DNA of 64,000 bases from Podarcis gaigeae (taxonomy: Eukaryota). Position numbers and translations under genes: made by a program. Each line of letters begins with the position of its first letter. The first letter of the stretch is position 1. The notes under the pieces were generated by a model that did not search any database, was not told the DNA's origin, and worked only from the letters and a program-made list of their open reading frames with translations. Shown piece after piece: positions 1-26,930 of the stretch. Location: assembly GCA_964106915.2 (NCBI GenBank), contig OZ066928.1; one strand, given 5' to 3'.

Positions 1-290
1 ACGGGGGAGGAGGGGACTACTACTAATACCCACTTCCTCCAAAAAAATAAAAGAAGAAGAAAACCCGGGGGGGGGGATTGTTACGCCTTTTATATTAATC
101 AGTAATGGGACCACGGGGTTGGACCTTTCCATTCTAATTTTCCATCAGTGTTATCTTTCATGTGGGCATCTGGGGGTGGGGGGAAATGAGCAACAGGGAC
201 CTTTCAAAAATATGTGGTTCCACACTCAGGGGCTTTTGAACACACTTCAGTGTCTTTCTGCCAAAAGATGTTAAGCCCTCACTTTTGTTT

Positions 291-635
291 AGGTTAAAGG
301 TAAAGGTAAGGGGACCCCTGACCATTAGGTCCAGTCATGACCAACTCTGGGGTTGCAGCGCTCATCTCGCTTTACTGGCTGACGGAGCCGGCGTACAGCT
401 TCCGGGTCATGTGGCCAGCATGACTAAGCCACTTCTGGCGAACCAGAGCAGCGCACGGAAACGCCGGTTACCTTCCCCCCGGAGCAGTACCTATTTATCT
501 ACTTGCATTTTGACGTGCTTTCAAACTGCTAGGTTGGCAGGAGCAGGGACCGAGCAACGGGAGCTCATATTCGAACCGCCGACCTTCTGATCGGCAAGTC
601 CTAGGCTCTGTGGTTTAACCCACAGCACCACCCAC
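291..635 (-). mobile_element. Sauria SINE (Squam1-like)
   Basis: (ACCTTT)n tail and a body matching five other copies in the window. Confidence 0.88.
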
Positions 636-1213
636 ATAGCTGCTTTTCTACCACCCTAATCAAAATGGCAAGGTGTCTGTGAGTCTTTATCAAAAGCAGC
701 AAAAACTGTACACAAAAGTTTAAGCAGATTCTGCAGGAGAGACTGCTCTGCTGCCTTTATAAAACATACCCTAGCATATGGAAATGATCTAGCAAGATGC
801 AGATTAACGCCCTCTTCCATTAACTATGGCTTCAGTGATGGGGGAGGCCCTTTACAGAGTATTTTGTCAAATAACTATTGAAGTGCTTCTACTGACCCTC
901 TTTTAAAAGGGGTTGGGGCAAGCAGTGGGGGGCGGGGATTTGCAAAGGGGAATTTTGGCCAAGCTGTGAGGGGATAGATGAGGAGGTGGGAGAGTTGTAA
1001 AGGAAGGGAGGGCAAAGACTGAGGATCCATTAGCAGGGTCAAAACACTAGACATCACTTCTACAGGGTCAAGGACATGCAGGTCCCTGAACCCGCTGCAG
1101 TTTGCACTAGGCACATGGTGCTTCTTGCAGCTTACTTCAAAGATCGCTCCTCATTCTCCACCCCCCACCCTGCACATGAAATATTAATGATGTCATCTGC
1201 TTCCAAATTTCAG

Positions 1214-12679
<11,466 letters not shown>

Positions 12680-13372
12680 ACTGCCACCATCCAATCGCTC
12701 TTTTACTATGTACTGCTTATTTTTGTATGTTCGCTCCAGAATTTCTAGATGGACAATGAATGGCTGGATCTACATCATGACAAAAGTAACTGGATCTATC
12801 AGACAATACCAGATTCTTTTCGTCTGCCTCACGTGTAATAACTGGCTTGTATCTGAATTCACTGAAGTGCTAAAGAAGATCTAACTTATGGCAGCAAGTG
12901 CTGGCTGGGTACTATTTTCCTCTTCAGCAGAGTAAATCCCTTTTGATGTAGTATCATAGCTCTCTACCTGTAACTTGAAATGGCATTATGGGATTCAAAT
13001 AATTTTTCAAGGATGATGTCATTGTTTGGAAACTTGTTTTGCTATGATGAAATAACAATTACAAGAAATAATATGAAAATGAAATATATAAAAGGGAAAT
13101 ATACCCAATTGCTTATCATATTTCCTAGATACTTCTACCACCACATCTTCCTACCCTTTCCAGTCACCCAGTCCTCTGCCATGTGCTTTCAATGGCCCAA
13201 GATGCAAATTTATTTATTTAGGTTAACATTTTGTTTAAAAGGTTGAATTTACAGTTACACTCATGCACTCACACATTCCCCATCCCATAAATTAGATTTG
13301 GTATGCTGATAAATATTCCACCGTGGCCCTTCTGCTGCAAAAGGAAGGGGGAAATCTCAACAAGGGGATGTG

Positions 13373-13378
13373 AATAAA
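13373..13378 (+). terminator. Candidate BTK polyadenylation signal
   Basis: AATAAA about 700 nt after the stop, with further AATAAA copies within 50 nt. Confidence 0.5.
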
Positions 13379-13430
13379 CTGAGGCTCCACTCCAGGATAA
13401 TAAAGGGTTTTTAGAAACAAAATAAAAAAA

Positions 13431-13645
13431 ATCCTTCCAGTAGCACCTTAGAAACCAACTAAGTTTGTTATTGGTATGAGCTTTCGTGTGCATGCACACT
13501 TCTTCAGATACTTCAGGTATCTGATGAAATGTGAATGCACACCAAAGCTTACACCCAGAGCAAACTTAGTTGGTCTCTAAGATGCTACTGGACAATTTTA
13601 AAATTTATTTCGACTGCATCAGACCAACACGGCTACTTACCTGAA
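13431..13645. mobile_element. Penelope-like inverted-repeat (palindromic) fragment
   Basis: Arms CCAGTAGCACCTTAG...CAGATAC and GTATCTG...CTAAGATGCTACTGG form a hairpin of about 160 nt that contains hammerhead cores. Confidence 0.7.
13473..13511 (-). ncRNA. Minimal type-I hammerhead ribozyme motif (Penelope-associated)
   Basis: Minus strand reads GUAU-CUGAAGA-A-GUGUG(CAUG)CACAC-GAAA-GC-UC-AUAC: stem I, catalytic core, stem II and a palindromic AGCU helix III. Confidence 0.6.
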
Positions 13646-14332
13646 TTTAGGACATTAGTGAGGGGAGGTGTGTGGCCCTCCAGATGTTCTAATTAAATTA
13701 TTAATACTAATTGTCAATCAGAATTTGGTATCAAATTGATATGTGGGAGGGACAAAGCAATGTGTAAGACTTCTGGTAAGATCAGTCACAGCAAAATCAG
13801 CGTAATGTTAATGATTTTTATGCAAGAAAACACTACACGGCGAAGCTCTACACAGGAAGGAAAAGGATGTCATAGAATGTGTTGTGGACTGAGCCTCTTT
13901 TTCCTCATGGGACAGATACTATGCCCACAATGTGTGTGTTGCAGGATGTGTGAGGGGGAAGGCTGAGTGGTTTACAACAACCCTGCAACATATTTGAGAG
14001 TGATGACAGAGAAGGCTGGGGAAGGGTTGGAGGCAGTAGCTTAAAACATCAATGTAATGTAGCTCACTTCTCCCTGCATTGCACGGAGCAGAGATGAGGT
14101 TGAGAGAGAGAGAGGCTTACATCTCCCACATTGCAGGATGCTAGGTGTGTGTTGAGGGTCACAGCCAGAATTAATGGGTGCCCTGAGGGCCGTTATCTCT
14201 GCATTGCAGTGCAGTGAAGTGGGGGCAGAGGGTGTTTTGTGACATCTCTGCTGCAAACAGCTGCAGACAAGACATCTTGGGTTATGAATTCACTCCATTC
14301 GCAGAGATCTCCAATAATGCTCTTTAGGACAT

Positions 14333-14910
14333 AAATTAAAAAATTGTCCAATAGCACCTTTGTTGTTTAGTCGTTTAGTCGTGTCCGACTCTTTGTGTCC
14401 CCATGGACCAGAGCACTCCAGGCACTCCTGTCTTCCACTGCCTCCTGCAGTTTGGTCAGACTCATGCTGGTAGCTTTGAGAACACTATCCAACCATCTCG
14501 TCCTCTGTCGTCCCCTTCTCCTTGTGCCCTCCATCTTTCCTAACATCAGGGTCTTTTCCAGGGAGTCTTCTCTTCTCATGAGGTGGCCAGAGTATTGGAG
14601 TCTCAGCTTCAGGATCTGTCCTTCCAGTGAGCAATCAGGGCTGATTTCCTTCAGAATGGAGAGGTTTGATCTTTTTGCCATCCATGGGACTCTCAAGAGT
14701 CTCCTCCAGCACCATAACCCGAAAGCATCCTTTATGGTCCAGCTCTCACTTGTTCTGGGTATAAGCTTTTGTGTGCATGCACACTTCATCATGCACACGA
14801 AAGCTTACACTCAGAACAAACTTTGTTGGTCTCTAAGGTGCTACTGGATAATTTTTTAATTTTTAAAATTTATTTCGACTGCGTCAGACCAACACGGCTA
14901 CCTACCTGAA
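14333..14910. mobile_element. Second Penelope-like palindrome, interrupted by BovB
   Basis: Same arms as the 13431 copy; flanked by TTTAGGACAT at 14323-14332 and 14911-14920 (probable TSD). Confidence 0.65.
14361..14750 (-). mobile_element. BovB/RTE LINE 3' fragment
   Basis: Encodes WCWRRLLRVPW...RRRGRQRTRWLD and ends in GACTAAACAACA. Confidence 0.9.
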
Positions 14911-15029
14911 TTTAGGACATTAGTGAGGGGAGGTGCGTGACCTTTCAGATGTTCTAATTAAATTATTAATGCTAATTGTAGTAACTCTATACGCTTTTTC
15001 CTGGGAGCTGCATCATGTCTCTTCCTTCT

Positions 15030-15352
15030 GAGTAGGCGCGCGTGAAGCCGAGCTGCAGAACCCACCGGGTTCTTCTTGCCCGATGGCAACTCTACACGCC
15101 CCCCCCCATGCCGTAGCTCTATGGCCTCTCGCGCGCGTACAGCTCCGCCCACCGCCGGAAAGAGGAAGCGCTCTCGGGGATGAAGCCTTACTCGCGCGGT
15201 GCACTCTGGAAGCGGAAGCTTAGCGCGCGCGTGGAGGGGACGGCTGGGGGCGGGGGCTAGCTGCACGTGAAGGTCGCCTGCCAGATCGCCGTCCTCTCTC
15301 CCTTCCTCGCTTCCTCCGATCGGTCGCTGTCGGCTCACAGGTCGGGCCCGGC
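15030..15352 (+). promoter_or_regulatory. CpG-island promoter and 5'UTR of TIMM8A
   Basis: High CpG density, CCGGAA/GCGGAAG ETS motifs, a GGGGCGGGG GC box and a CACGTG E-box upstream of the ATG. Confidence 0.75.
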
Positions 15353-18262
<2,910 letters not shown>

Positions 18263-19029
18263 TTTGGCTGCTGCAATGCCTCAGTTTCCTTCCTTAATGA
18301 GAAACCAACTTACTGAATTGAGAGAAGAGGAGGAGGTGGAGAACAAGGAGAACAAGCAGAAGAAAGGATCAAGGTTGTGAAGGACGTTGGCCTCCACATT
18401 CAGGACAGACTTCTGGGTTTCCTGGCCAATGTGAGCAGTTCTGGTTTTAAATTCCCATCTTGTGAACATTTAGCAGTCAGACAAGTGAAGCCTTGCTGAT
18501 TTGCATGGGCTTGTGCTGCTCAGGTTTTTTTAATTTTTCTGTTGGATAACAAGAGCTTCACAGCAGAACTGTAGCATCAAACAACTTGCTTTCCCAGTGG
18601 TGTGGCCAGGAAAGCACACCTATCAATATTCAATAATTTCTTCTGTTTTGAAATGAAGGGAACTGGGAGGTTTCAGACATGAATGTTGATCCTGGGAAAA
18701 GCAAAGGTGCCTTTTTAAAATGGTACTGTGTTTTAGCACGACTCTTTTAAGTGATATAAATTGCTCACCTGCAGCTTGAACATGTGGCTGAGTTGACCCT
18801 TTTGTAAACCGCAACTAGTGTTGCGGTTGAACAGAGGGAGGCTGACTTTGCTTGCTGTCATGTGCCATTTAAGGTGCATATTCAAGCCCTCCTTTACATA
18901 GCTAGGAAAAGTAACCCCAGAGGACATGGGAACTGAATACCACTCATCTGGTCATGTAAATGTTTCACTTACCAAGTACAAAAGTCAATTTTAACTTTCT
19001 CCATTAATTCCTTTCCTGCTGATCAGTGG

Positions 19030-19035
19030 AATAAA
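19030..19035 (+). terminator. Candidate TIMM8A polyadenylation signal
   Basis: AATAAA about 770 nt after the stop, followed by GT-rich sequence. Confidence 0.6.
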
Positions 19036-19132
19036 CATCAATTACATTCATTTTAAACTGCCTGTTGAGTCGGTGGTGATTCCTTCTGCTTTGATTGCTA
19101 GGGATTTAGAAATAGGAATAGAAATAGGAATA

Positions 19133-19484
19133 AGGGGAGCGCCGGAAAATTTTCTCTTTGCCATTTTTGTCGTTGGGATTTAAGCAGTTTTAAAGACTAA
19201 GGAAGCTGCTCCTGATCTGGCTGCAGTGGGTTTGGTGGAGGGAAACTGTTTTTCTCCATTGTTGTGCTAGACTGTGTGACTGACCTTGGCATTCTTTAGC
19301 TATAAGTTCAGAAAGAGAAAAGCTCAGACGTGGCTCTAAAGCAGCAACACAATTTGAGGAGTCGGTAATGTCAGCGTTAAATGATATTAAAGAAGGATTA
19401 GATCGTAACACAGCATCCGTTAATAAGTTGGAAAAAAGGATTGAACATTTAAGTACCGACTTGAAAGATGTGAAAGATAAGATA
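19133..19484 (+). mobile_element. Probable L1 5'UTR plus ORF1 coiled-coil N-terminal fragment
   Basis: Frame from 19302 reads ...FEESVMSALNDIKEGLDRNTASVNKLEKRIEHLSTDLKDVKDKI (heptad pattern); no splice context. Confidence 0.45.
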
Positions 19485-19495
19485 CCCACACATAC

Positions 19496-20331
19496 GCAGG
19501 TTAAGTACTTAATTGGTCCCGGAAGTCCGTTCTTAACCTGAAGCGGACTTTCCCATTGAAAGTAATGGAAAGTGGATTGATCCATTCCAGACGATGAAAA
19601 ATACCCCTAAGACAGCAATTTAACACGCATTTTACTGTCTAACGAGACCATTGATCCATAAAATGAAGGCAGTAATCAATGTACTGTACTATAAAATAAA
19701 TAAGACAGTATTTTAGATGAAAAAAAATTAACTTTTTTTTTAACCTTACGTGCACTGATGATAAATCAGTTTGGATGGGGGGCTTTTATCCATTTCTGAA
19801 GTCACACAATCAACCAGTAGCTGAACTGGGTTCTACACAGTCACAAAAACAAGTCACAAAAGTGAAGTCACAAATCAGTCCCATAAAATGAAGAACAAGT
19901 CACAGTCAAAAAACCGAAAAAGCCACACAAACCAAAACGCGAAAAGGAAACAGACGATGAAAAGTGACCCCTAAAACAGCAATTTTACATGAATTTTACT
20001 ATCTAATGAGGCCATTGATCCATAAAATGAAGTACAAAATGAAAATGTGATTTTTTTTTCTTACCTGCGCTGATGATAGTCATTGTTTGGATGGGGGCTC
20101 AGGGTCCTCTTCCACAATCACAATTGGCTTGGCTCCCGGGATTTGTGGAGGCCTCAGAGAGCTCCCGTGGCTGGAGTCCAGTCGCGGAGCCGCTGCAGAC
20201 CCCATGGATATCAAGGCTTGGCTCCAGGCAGTGGCGAGGCCTCCAAGAGCTCGGACAACTTACTTCTGGGTTACAATAGTCGTAACCCAAAAAAACGTAA
20301 GTTGAAGCGTTTGTAACCCGAGGCACCACTG
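19496..20331. mobile_element. Non-autonomous Tc1/mariner (Tigger-like) element with an internal direct repeat
   Basis: Right end TAACCCGAGGCACCACTG|TA resembles the other MITEs; about 19587-19780 is repeated at about 19951-20100. Confidence 0.6.
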
Positions 20332-20375
20332 TACTAAGAGATACATCAATTGCTGGTAAGTACACAAGTTATTAG

Positions 20376-20513
20376 CAGTGGTGTAGCGTGGGTTGTCAGC
20401 ACCCGGGGCAAGGCAAGTAATTTGCGCCCCCTAACCCGTGGATTTGCGCCCCCTAACCCTAACCCCCAGATGTTGCGGCCGGCCCCCCCTGCACTCCCCA
20501 CGCTACGCCACTG
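20376..20513. mobile_element. hAT-type MITE
   Basis: TIRs CAGTGGTGTAGCGTGGG / CCCACGCTACGCCACTG; 8-bp TSD GTTATTAG at 20368-20375 and 20514-20521. Confidence 0.85.
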
Positions 20514-22522
20514 GTTATTAGTCCTCACCTCAAACAGTTTTTATAACTAGCTATCCACTCATATGCATATTACAAATGCGTGTTCCTCCTCACAAAAAAC
20601 CCCATGTTTGGATAGCTTCCCTTCTGTCTGGTCTAAATAGATCTTTACTTGCCACAAGTGACCAATTCAGTAGTTGCATAGATGCTGGCTAAGCCATTAA
20701 TCAATGCATAGGAGAGTATTGACCACACTGACTGGCAGCAGGGTTTCCAACAGGGGTGTCTCCCAGCCTTACCCGGAGATGCTGGGGATTGAGCTTGAGG
20801 CCTTCTGCGGGCAGCACAGAGGCTGTTCCAATGAGCTACAGTCCTTTATGTTGCATATGTATGCTGGCAAGAGGAGGGACAGCCTACTTAGTTTCTATGT
20901 TAAGCACATGCCTCCTCACTCAGCTTAATGACTAGAATGTACCTTGAATTCCTTGTTGCTTAAGGTTACTGGGCTGCAGCTTAAATATGAGGCTGCTGTA
21001 AATGCATCAGGAAACAGGTGGCCTGTCTTTGAAAGATTGCTTAATATGGAAAGGCAAAGGCAGCATACTAACAAAGTTTGCTGGTTTAAAAGTTCCTTAT
21101 GAGCGCAACACCATGATAGATGAAGCCAAACTCAGCGACTTTCTCAGAGGTATCTGCCGTGTAATGTTTCAGATCAGGAGGATAGCACTACACATACCAG
21201 ACCTGTTTTATTAGCCTACCACATATTGCAGAAATTGCGCAAATGCAGAAACTTCTGAGTCTTCCAAACGCTGGTTTGCTGTCCTGCCCAGAAGTGTGAG
21301 AGAGAAATCAAAGCTTCAGTTCCTGCATTGGGTGAAGTTTTACTTTTAAGGGTTTGGCGGATGCCTGAGCTGCAAGTAATATTGCATGGGTGGGAAAACT
21401 GCGAATCTCCAGGTATTGTTAGACTACAACTTCTACAATTGTTCTTGATCACTGGGCAATGCTTTATGTATGGTGTGTGGATGTGCAGCAGATGTTGGTT
21501 CTTGGCTGTATTCCCCCCCCCAAAAAAAAATTACTGTCCTAATATATTTGAGCTGGTCTGATTTCTTGTCCAGGCAACATCTTGTTCATACCAATAATAT
21601 TCCTGTAAGATGGATTGCTTTACTCATATTTGGATGGGAGAATCAAGGCCAAGAAGGCAGCTTGTCTAAGGTTGATCCTTCCCTATCTACAGAGTCATAA
21701 GGATCAGTAGAAGGAAATTAATTCCTTAGTGATTTTTCAAAGAACTATAGCTTTTTATAGGACTTAAACCTTCAGTTACAAGGGTTACAGTATATTTGTT
21801 CTTCAAAAAACAGGACACCTTCAGATCAATTCCTGGTTCTTCACCATTGTATTTGACAATGGAGGGGTCTGTTATTATTTTTACATTTTTAGCCTGCCTG
21901 CCTTCTAATGTAGAACTGAAGACTACATACATGGGGTTCCCAGATAGTCATCCATCCAGGCCCTGGTCAGACCCAGACCTGCTAACTTTTGCAATGCGGT
22001 AGCCTCACATGCTGCAGACCATGTCCTGGGACCCATAGTAGTTTACTTAAAGGTCACCGCCAGAGTTCTTGTGAATTCTCAGCCCCAAACTCTTAGAATT
22101 CTGCAGTATTGTAGGTATACAGAAATTATGAGCCCAGGCAAGATTCTGAGTGAAAGGGCTGTAAATTTTGCCAGGGTGATAGGGAGGACACACAGTGGAA
22201 CTACAGGGCTCACCTAACAGTTAAGGATAAAGGGGGCATGCCATTATTTTTAAAAGAAAATGGAAAGTAGGCAATGCATAAACTGCTGCTTTCAGCTGTT
22301 AGAAACCAAGGGGATATCCAGTGTTAAGACATGCTCCAAGTAAACCTACTGAAATAAACCGGCTTAAACTACAGGTGGGGACCATTTTGCATAGGGGTTC
22401 CATCCCTGGTTCCCTTGAGCATTGGTGCCTACCCCCCCCCCCCCGGTTCTGACCTCTGGGTCCCAAAGGACCTGTGTGTCAGTGATTGCACTTTAATTGG
22501 GCGCACCTAAAATGATCGCTGC

Positions 22523-22850
22523 GTTAAACCACAGAGCCTAGGACTTGCCGCTCAGAAGGTCGGCGGTTTGAATCCCCGCGACGGGATGAGCTCCCGTTGC
22601 TCGGTCCCTGCTCCTGCCAACCTAGCAGTTCGAAAGCACGTCAAAGTGCAAGTAGATAAATAGGTACCGCTCCGGTGGGAAGGTAAACGGCGTTTCCGTG
22701 CGCTGCTCTGGTTTGCCAGAAGCGGCTTAGTCATGCTGGCCACATGACCCGGAAGCTGTACGCTGGCTCCCTCAGCCAATAAAGCGAGATGAGCGCTGCA
22801 ACTCCAGAGTCGGTCACGACTAGACCTAATTGTCAGGGGTCCCTTTACTT
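22523..22850 (+). mobile_element. Sauria SINE
   Basis: Near full-length match to the other copies. Confidence 0.9.
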
Positions 22851-23385
22851 TTTAAAACGATTGCTGCTTTTACTTAAATCTACTGTTTTGATGGATTTAT
22901 TTTGTGAGTATGACTATGTTGGATATCACCTCGAGGCTTGTAGGCAGCCTGTTTGTGTGACTGCCTTTATGGGTCCTGTGATCCTCCTCACAGTGTGAAG
23001 GAATTAAAACATATCTGAGCCAATTCTGTTGTGCAGCAGCAACATCAAAGATTGTAGTGAGCCACCAGAAACAATGTACTGGGTAGGAAAACTGATTTAA
23101 AAACAAATGGCTCCAAATGATTCAGGTTTACAAGCATAGATGAAGGGCCAGAGTGTGATTTGGAAATTCACTCAGTTTTTCACCAAGAGAACGGCTTGCT
23201 TGAAAAGCCACCATGGGTGAAGGCTGAAAATGGCTAAAAGGTTGAATTGAACTGAATTGGTAACATTCAGCTAGCAAGAAGTCAAAATAAGTTTTGTTTT
23301 TTTAAAAGAAAAAGTTTAGGGTTGTTGTTTTTTAAAAATGATATGAACTCTGCAACACTTAATGGCAGTACAAAGAAAAGTAACA

Positions 23386-23391
23386 TTTATT
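23386..23391 (-). terminator. Candidate polyadenylation signal of the NIPA2-like gene
   Basis: TTTATT on the plus strand about 1.25 kb past the stop, with U-rich sequence downstream on the minus strand. Confidence 0.5.
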
Positions 23392-24631
23392 TGAAATAAA
23401 TTAACTGTCAACCTTAATACATCATCAACATTAAGTGATCATCAACACAGCCCCTGTGGCACTGGGCTTCCCTGACAACCAGTGCCCTCTTGTTCTCCTC
23501 TCCCCCCACTGAAATGAGAAATAAGCATTCTATCGTAGCCAACAGAATATGTACTTGTGTGTGTCTTATTCTCTGGTTTGCAAATGTACCCAAGAGACGT
23601 AGAAGGTTGGCAACCCCTGATAATACTTTAAAGAGAAGTTAATTTTTAAGTCACTTAAAATGCACTGTCCTTACATTCTGAAAGTGGTAGAGCACTGTTA
23701 TTAAGATCAGGCATGTAAACAGAGTAGCAGCTGCATTCTCATAAGAGACTTGCATACTGAGTTAAAACAGTTACGTTTGACAGTACTTCTGTGCATTCTG
23801 ATTCTGAAGTACACCAATGTAGAGCTCATTCAAGAGCTGAACTCATTGCTTATATCCTTGGTTTATCAGTGGGGCACTTTACATGATAGAGCCAAGCTTC
23901 TCCATAACCCAAGTGGTCTGCTGTCCATGCCAGCTTTCCTTGTGTTCTCATGTGTCTTCCCTTAATCTGTGTTCTTTAAAATGACCCAGAGGAAGAAAAC
24001 ACAGGGAGAAACCCTCCTCTCTCTTGCACACTCTTGTTTGTCCACATACTAGTCCTCTTGCTCATACACATATTTTTCTACTTCTCCCATTCCCCGAGAT
24101 TTGAGTTACCTTCAGCAGATTACATGAGAAAGAGGAATTCTGCTGTGTATTCCTGCCTCTGACTAGAAGGCTGAAGTATTTGCTTCTGCTTACTCTGCAA
24201 CACCCCCTGAGCAATTCACACCTCCTTACCAATTCCACATCACCCATTACTTTTGAAACTTGTTTTTTGTGTTGGGGCTGGTCCAAAACCCCTCAGGTGC
24301 ACATATTTTTGTCCCTGGTTTTCTTTCTTGTCCTCCACATCACTTCTGGATGCAGGGGAGGGAATGCAGGAGACAACAAGTTCAGCTCTAGGGCTGCCAC
24401 TTGCTGAGCTCTAGCTTGATCTGATTGGGTCTCTAATTTGGTTCAAGTATGTTACCAGTGAAAGGACTCGCACATAAACGCATTTCAAATAGTTCAGTGT
24501 TGGTCATTAGAATCTGATTCAACTTTTCTAGTGGAAAACAGCAGCAGTCTTAAGAAGCTCTTTGGAACATGGAAAATGGATTGGGATATATCTTTTTTTA
24601 AGCCGAAAGGCTATGTATAATGTTCTAGCTT

Positions 24632-25269
24632 TCATAAACCTTGGCCATATTGCTCCTCTGCTTTCTCTGTCCCTTCTTTGTGGGTGTCCTCAGAGTCCAA
24701 AAGGGGCTGGTGAAGACAGGACTGATGCTTGTCCCCCTTTCCCCAAGAAGCAGCTCGCACATTTGTTTGGTTATCCTTCAGGAAAAGAGGCAGCAGGTCT
24801 GCAGTGAAGGGGATGTCTCTGAAAGAATGCAGTAGGAAGATGCCAAGGACAATGGTGAGGAAGCCACTGATGGTGCCAATGATGTGCATCAGAACCAGAT
24901 GCTGCCACTCCTTGAACAGAATGGCAGAGCAAGTCATAACTGATGTGGTGAAGAGGACGTAATAGATGGGGGTCACTACAGATGTGTTGAAGATATCCAA
25001 GGCCTTGTTTAGGTAGTTGATCTGGATGGTGATGGAGATCACAAGGCAAATAAAAAGCAAATAGCTCAACGGTTCCTTCCAGACAGGCTTCCCAGCAAAC
25101 AGTTCTTTCAGGGCAATACCCAAGCCTTTTGCAGATGAGACAGAGAGTGAACCAATGGCAGAGCAGATCAAAACATACACTAAGACGTTGCTATGTCCAT
25201 AGCGAGGCCCAGCCACAAAGATGAGAAGAGCTGAACTCACCAGCATGCACACAGCAAACACTATAAATC
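24632..25269 (-). CDS. NIPA2-like last exon
   Basis: Encodes FIVFAVCM...[10 protein letters not shown]...QYGQGL*. Confidence 0.94.
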
Positions 25270-26930
25270 CTGTGGAGGAGGAGAGAGGAGAAATTGTTAA
25301 GGACAATATGAATCTTTTAGGTGTAGCTTACTTCTGCAGGATGTAGACAGTTTTGTTCAGATCAATGAGTGCACAAGCTAGATTCAATTAGTAGAATCTG
25401 GTGAGTAAAATACATAGAGGAAAAAGTATAAGCAGCAGAGCTTAGACAGTGGCTCAAAGGATAAGACACATAGCCCCCAGCTTATAATTTTTTTTGCACT
25501 GGGTTTGACTAGAACTAAGACCTTCCTCCTTCAGTTGTTTGTAAAGTTTTTCAGTGCACAGTGTGCTTTAGAATTCTTATGTCACTGTTATGGTTCAAAG
25601 CCAACTAAATGCCATTGGTGGGGGAATAAAGAATAAAATAGGTCCTATAAAAATTATTGACTCACAGGTTACTGATTATCAACATGAGTTTTCATTCAAT
25701 GAAATTAAGGAAAGCACTCAATTTCTGTCAAGTCCCCCTCACCCAAAATGGTATTCTGTTGGCGTACATACAATAGGTAAATGAAGAGGGGCAGTTAATA
25801 CCTGGATCCTTTAGTTTCTCCGCCATTGAATCCAGGCTGGAGACCTCTTCCTCCTGTGGGGCATGGATGACCATCACAGTGGAGCCTAAAATGCTAAGGA
25901 TACAGCCGATCTTCCCATGGATGTTCAGGTGCTCATTCAGGAAGTAGGAGGCTAAAACTGCACTATAGGAAGATACAACTGTGTTGAGAAAGGACCTGAG
26001 ACTGGTATCTTTATTTCCAGAAAAGGGCTTAGGGATTGGGAAATATCTGATCATGTTGTACTTACCTGACTAAAACACTTAGCGCTCCTAGAGGAGTGAC
26101 CAGTGTTGCAGGGGCAAAAGCATATGCAGCAAAGTTGGCAAGTTCTCCAATTCCCACTGCAAAAGAAGCAGTTTGCCATTGGCAAAAAAAAAAAAAAAAG
26201 GTTAACAAAGAGCAAATTCCATCTTCCTTTCTTGAGAAAATCAGGTGGCCAGCAAGAGAAGTCTTCTTAATTAAACATTATCCCCTCCACTTCCTATCAG
26301 TAATCTACAAATGACTAGGTTATTAGGCAGGCTAGTAATGATTTTAAATCATAGTAATAATGATGATGATGATGATGATGTACCCCATCGATCTGTAGAT
26401 GCCCCAGCCACTCTGGTGGTTTAATTTGCAAGGCTGCTTTATTATAAAGCTCCTTATACCAAGGAACTCATTGGGAGCTATTGGAGGTCATGTAAGAAGG
26501 CAAAGGGGATAATTCAAATTGTTGAAATGTAGGTGAAGATGATAAAATTTGGCATGGAAGTACTTACTAGTTAGCAGCCCTGCCCACCACATCCATTCCT
26601 TCAGATATGCATGACCCCCTAGACCTGTGAAGAGAGAAAAGAAACGAAAGGTGAAGTTTAAATGAAAACAGAAGCTAGCCTGGAAAACCTTTTCAAACTC
26701 TTAAGAAGCATGGACAGCCTGGTTTCTGGGATTTTTCCCATCCACAACAGATGTCATGGTAACTCTGTGAGCTCCTATTCAATAGCATTACCTGCTCTGA
26801 CAGCACCTCTGCTACTTAGCTTGAGAAGTCCCTTCTTCTTTAGGATAAAACTTCCTCCAATGAACAGGCTAGAGCTGAGAGCCAGGCCCAGTCCGATGTA
26901 GAAGTCGTAACGTCCCATTGAGTCCTCCAT
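24632..26930 (-). CDS. Magnesium transporter NIPA2-like, 361 aa; complement(join(24632-25269,25802-25962,26066-26156,26568-26624,26792-26930))
   Basis: [36 protein letters not shown]...[45 protein letters not shown]...[23 protein letters not shown]. Coding exons of 139/57/91/161/638 nt join in frame with GT-AG sites. Confidence 0.93.
25802..25962 (-). CDS. NIPA2-like exon
   Basis: Encodes [40 protein letters not shown]...LKDPG. Confidence 0.94.
26066..26156 (-). CDS. NIPA2-like exon
   Basis: Encodes [30 protein letters not shown]. Confidence 0.94.
26568..26624 (-). CDS. NIPA2-like exon
   Basis: Encodes [19 protein letters not shown]. Confidence 0.93.
26792..26930 (-). CDS. NIPA2-like first coding exon (acceptor at 27021)
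   Basis: gaaATGG start; encodes ...[17 protein letters not shown]; donor gtaatg. Confidence 0.85.
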
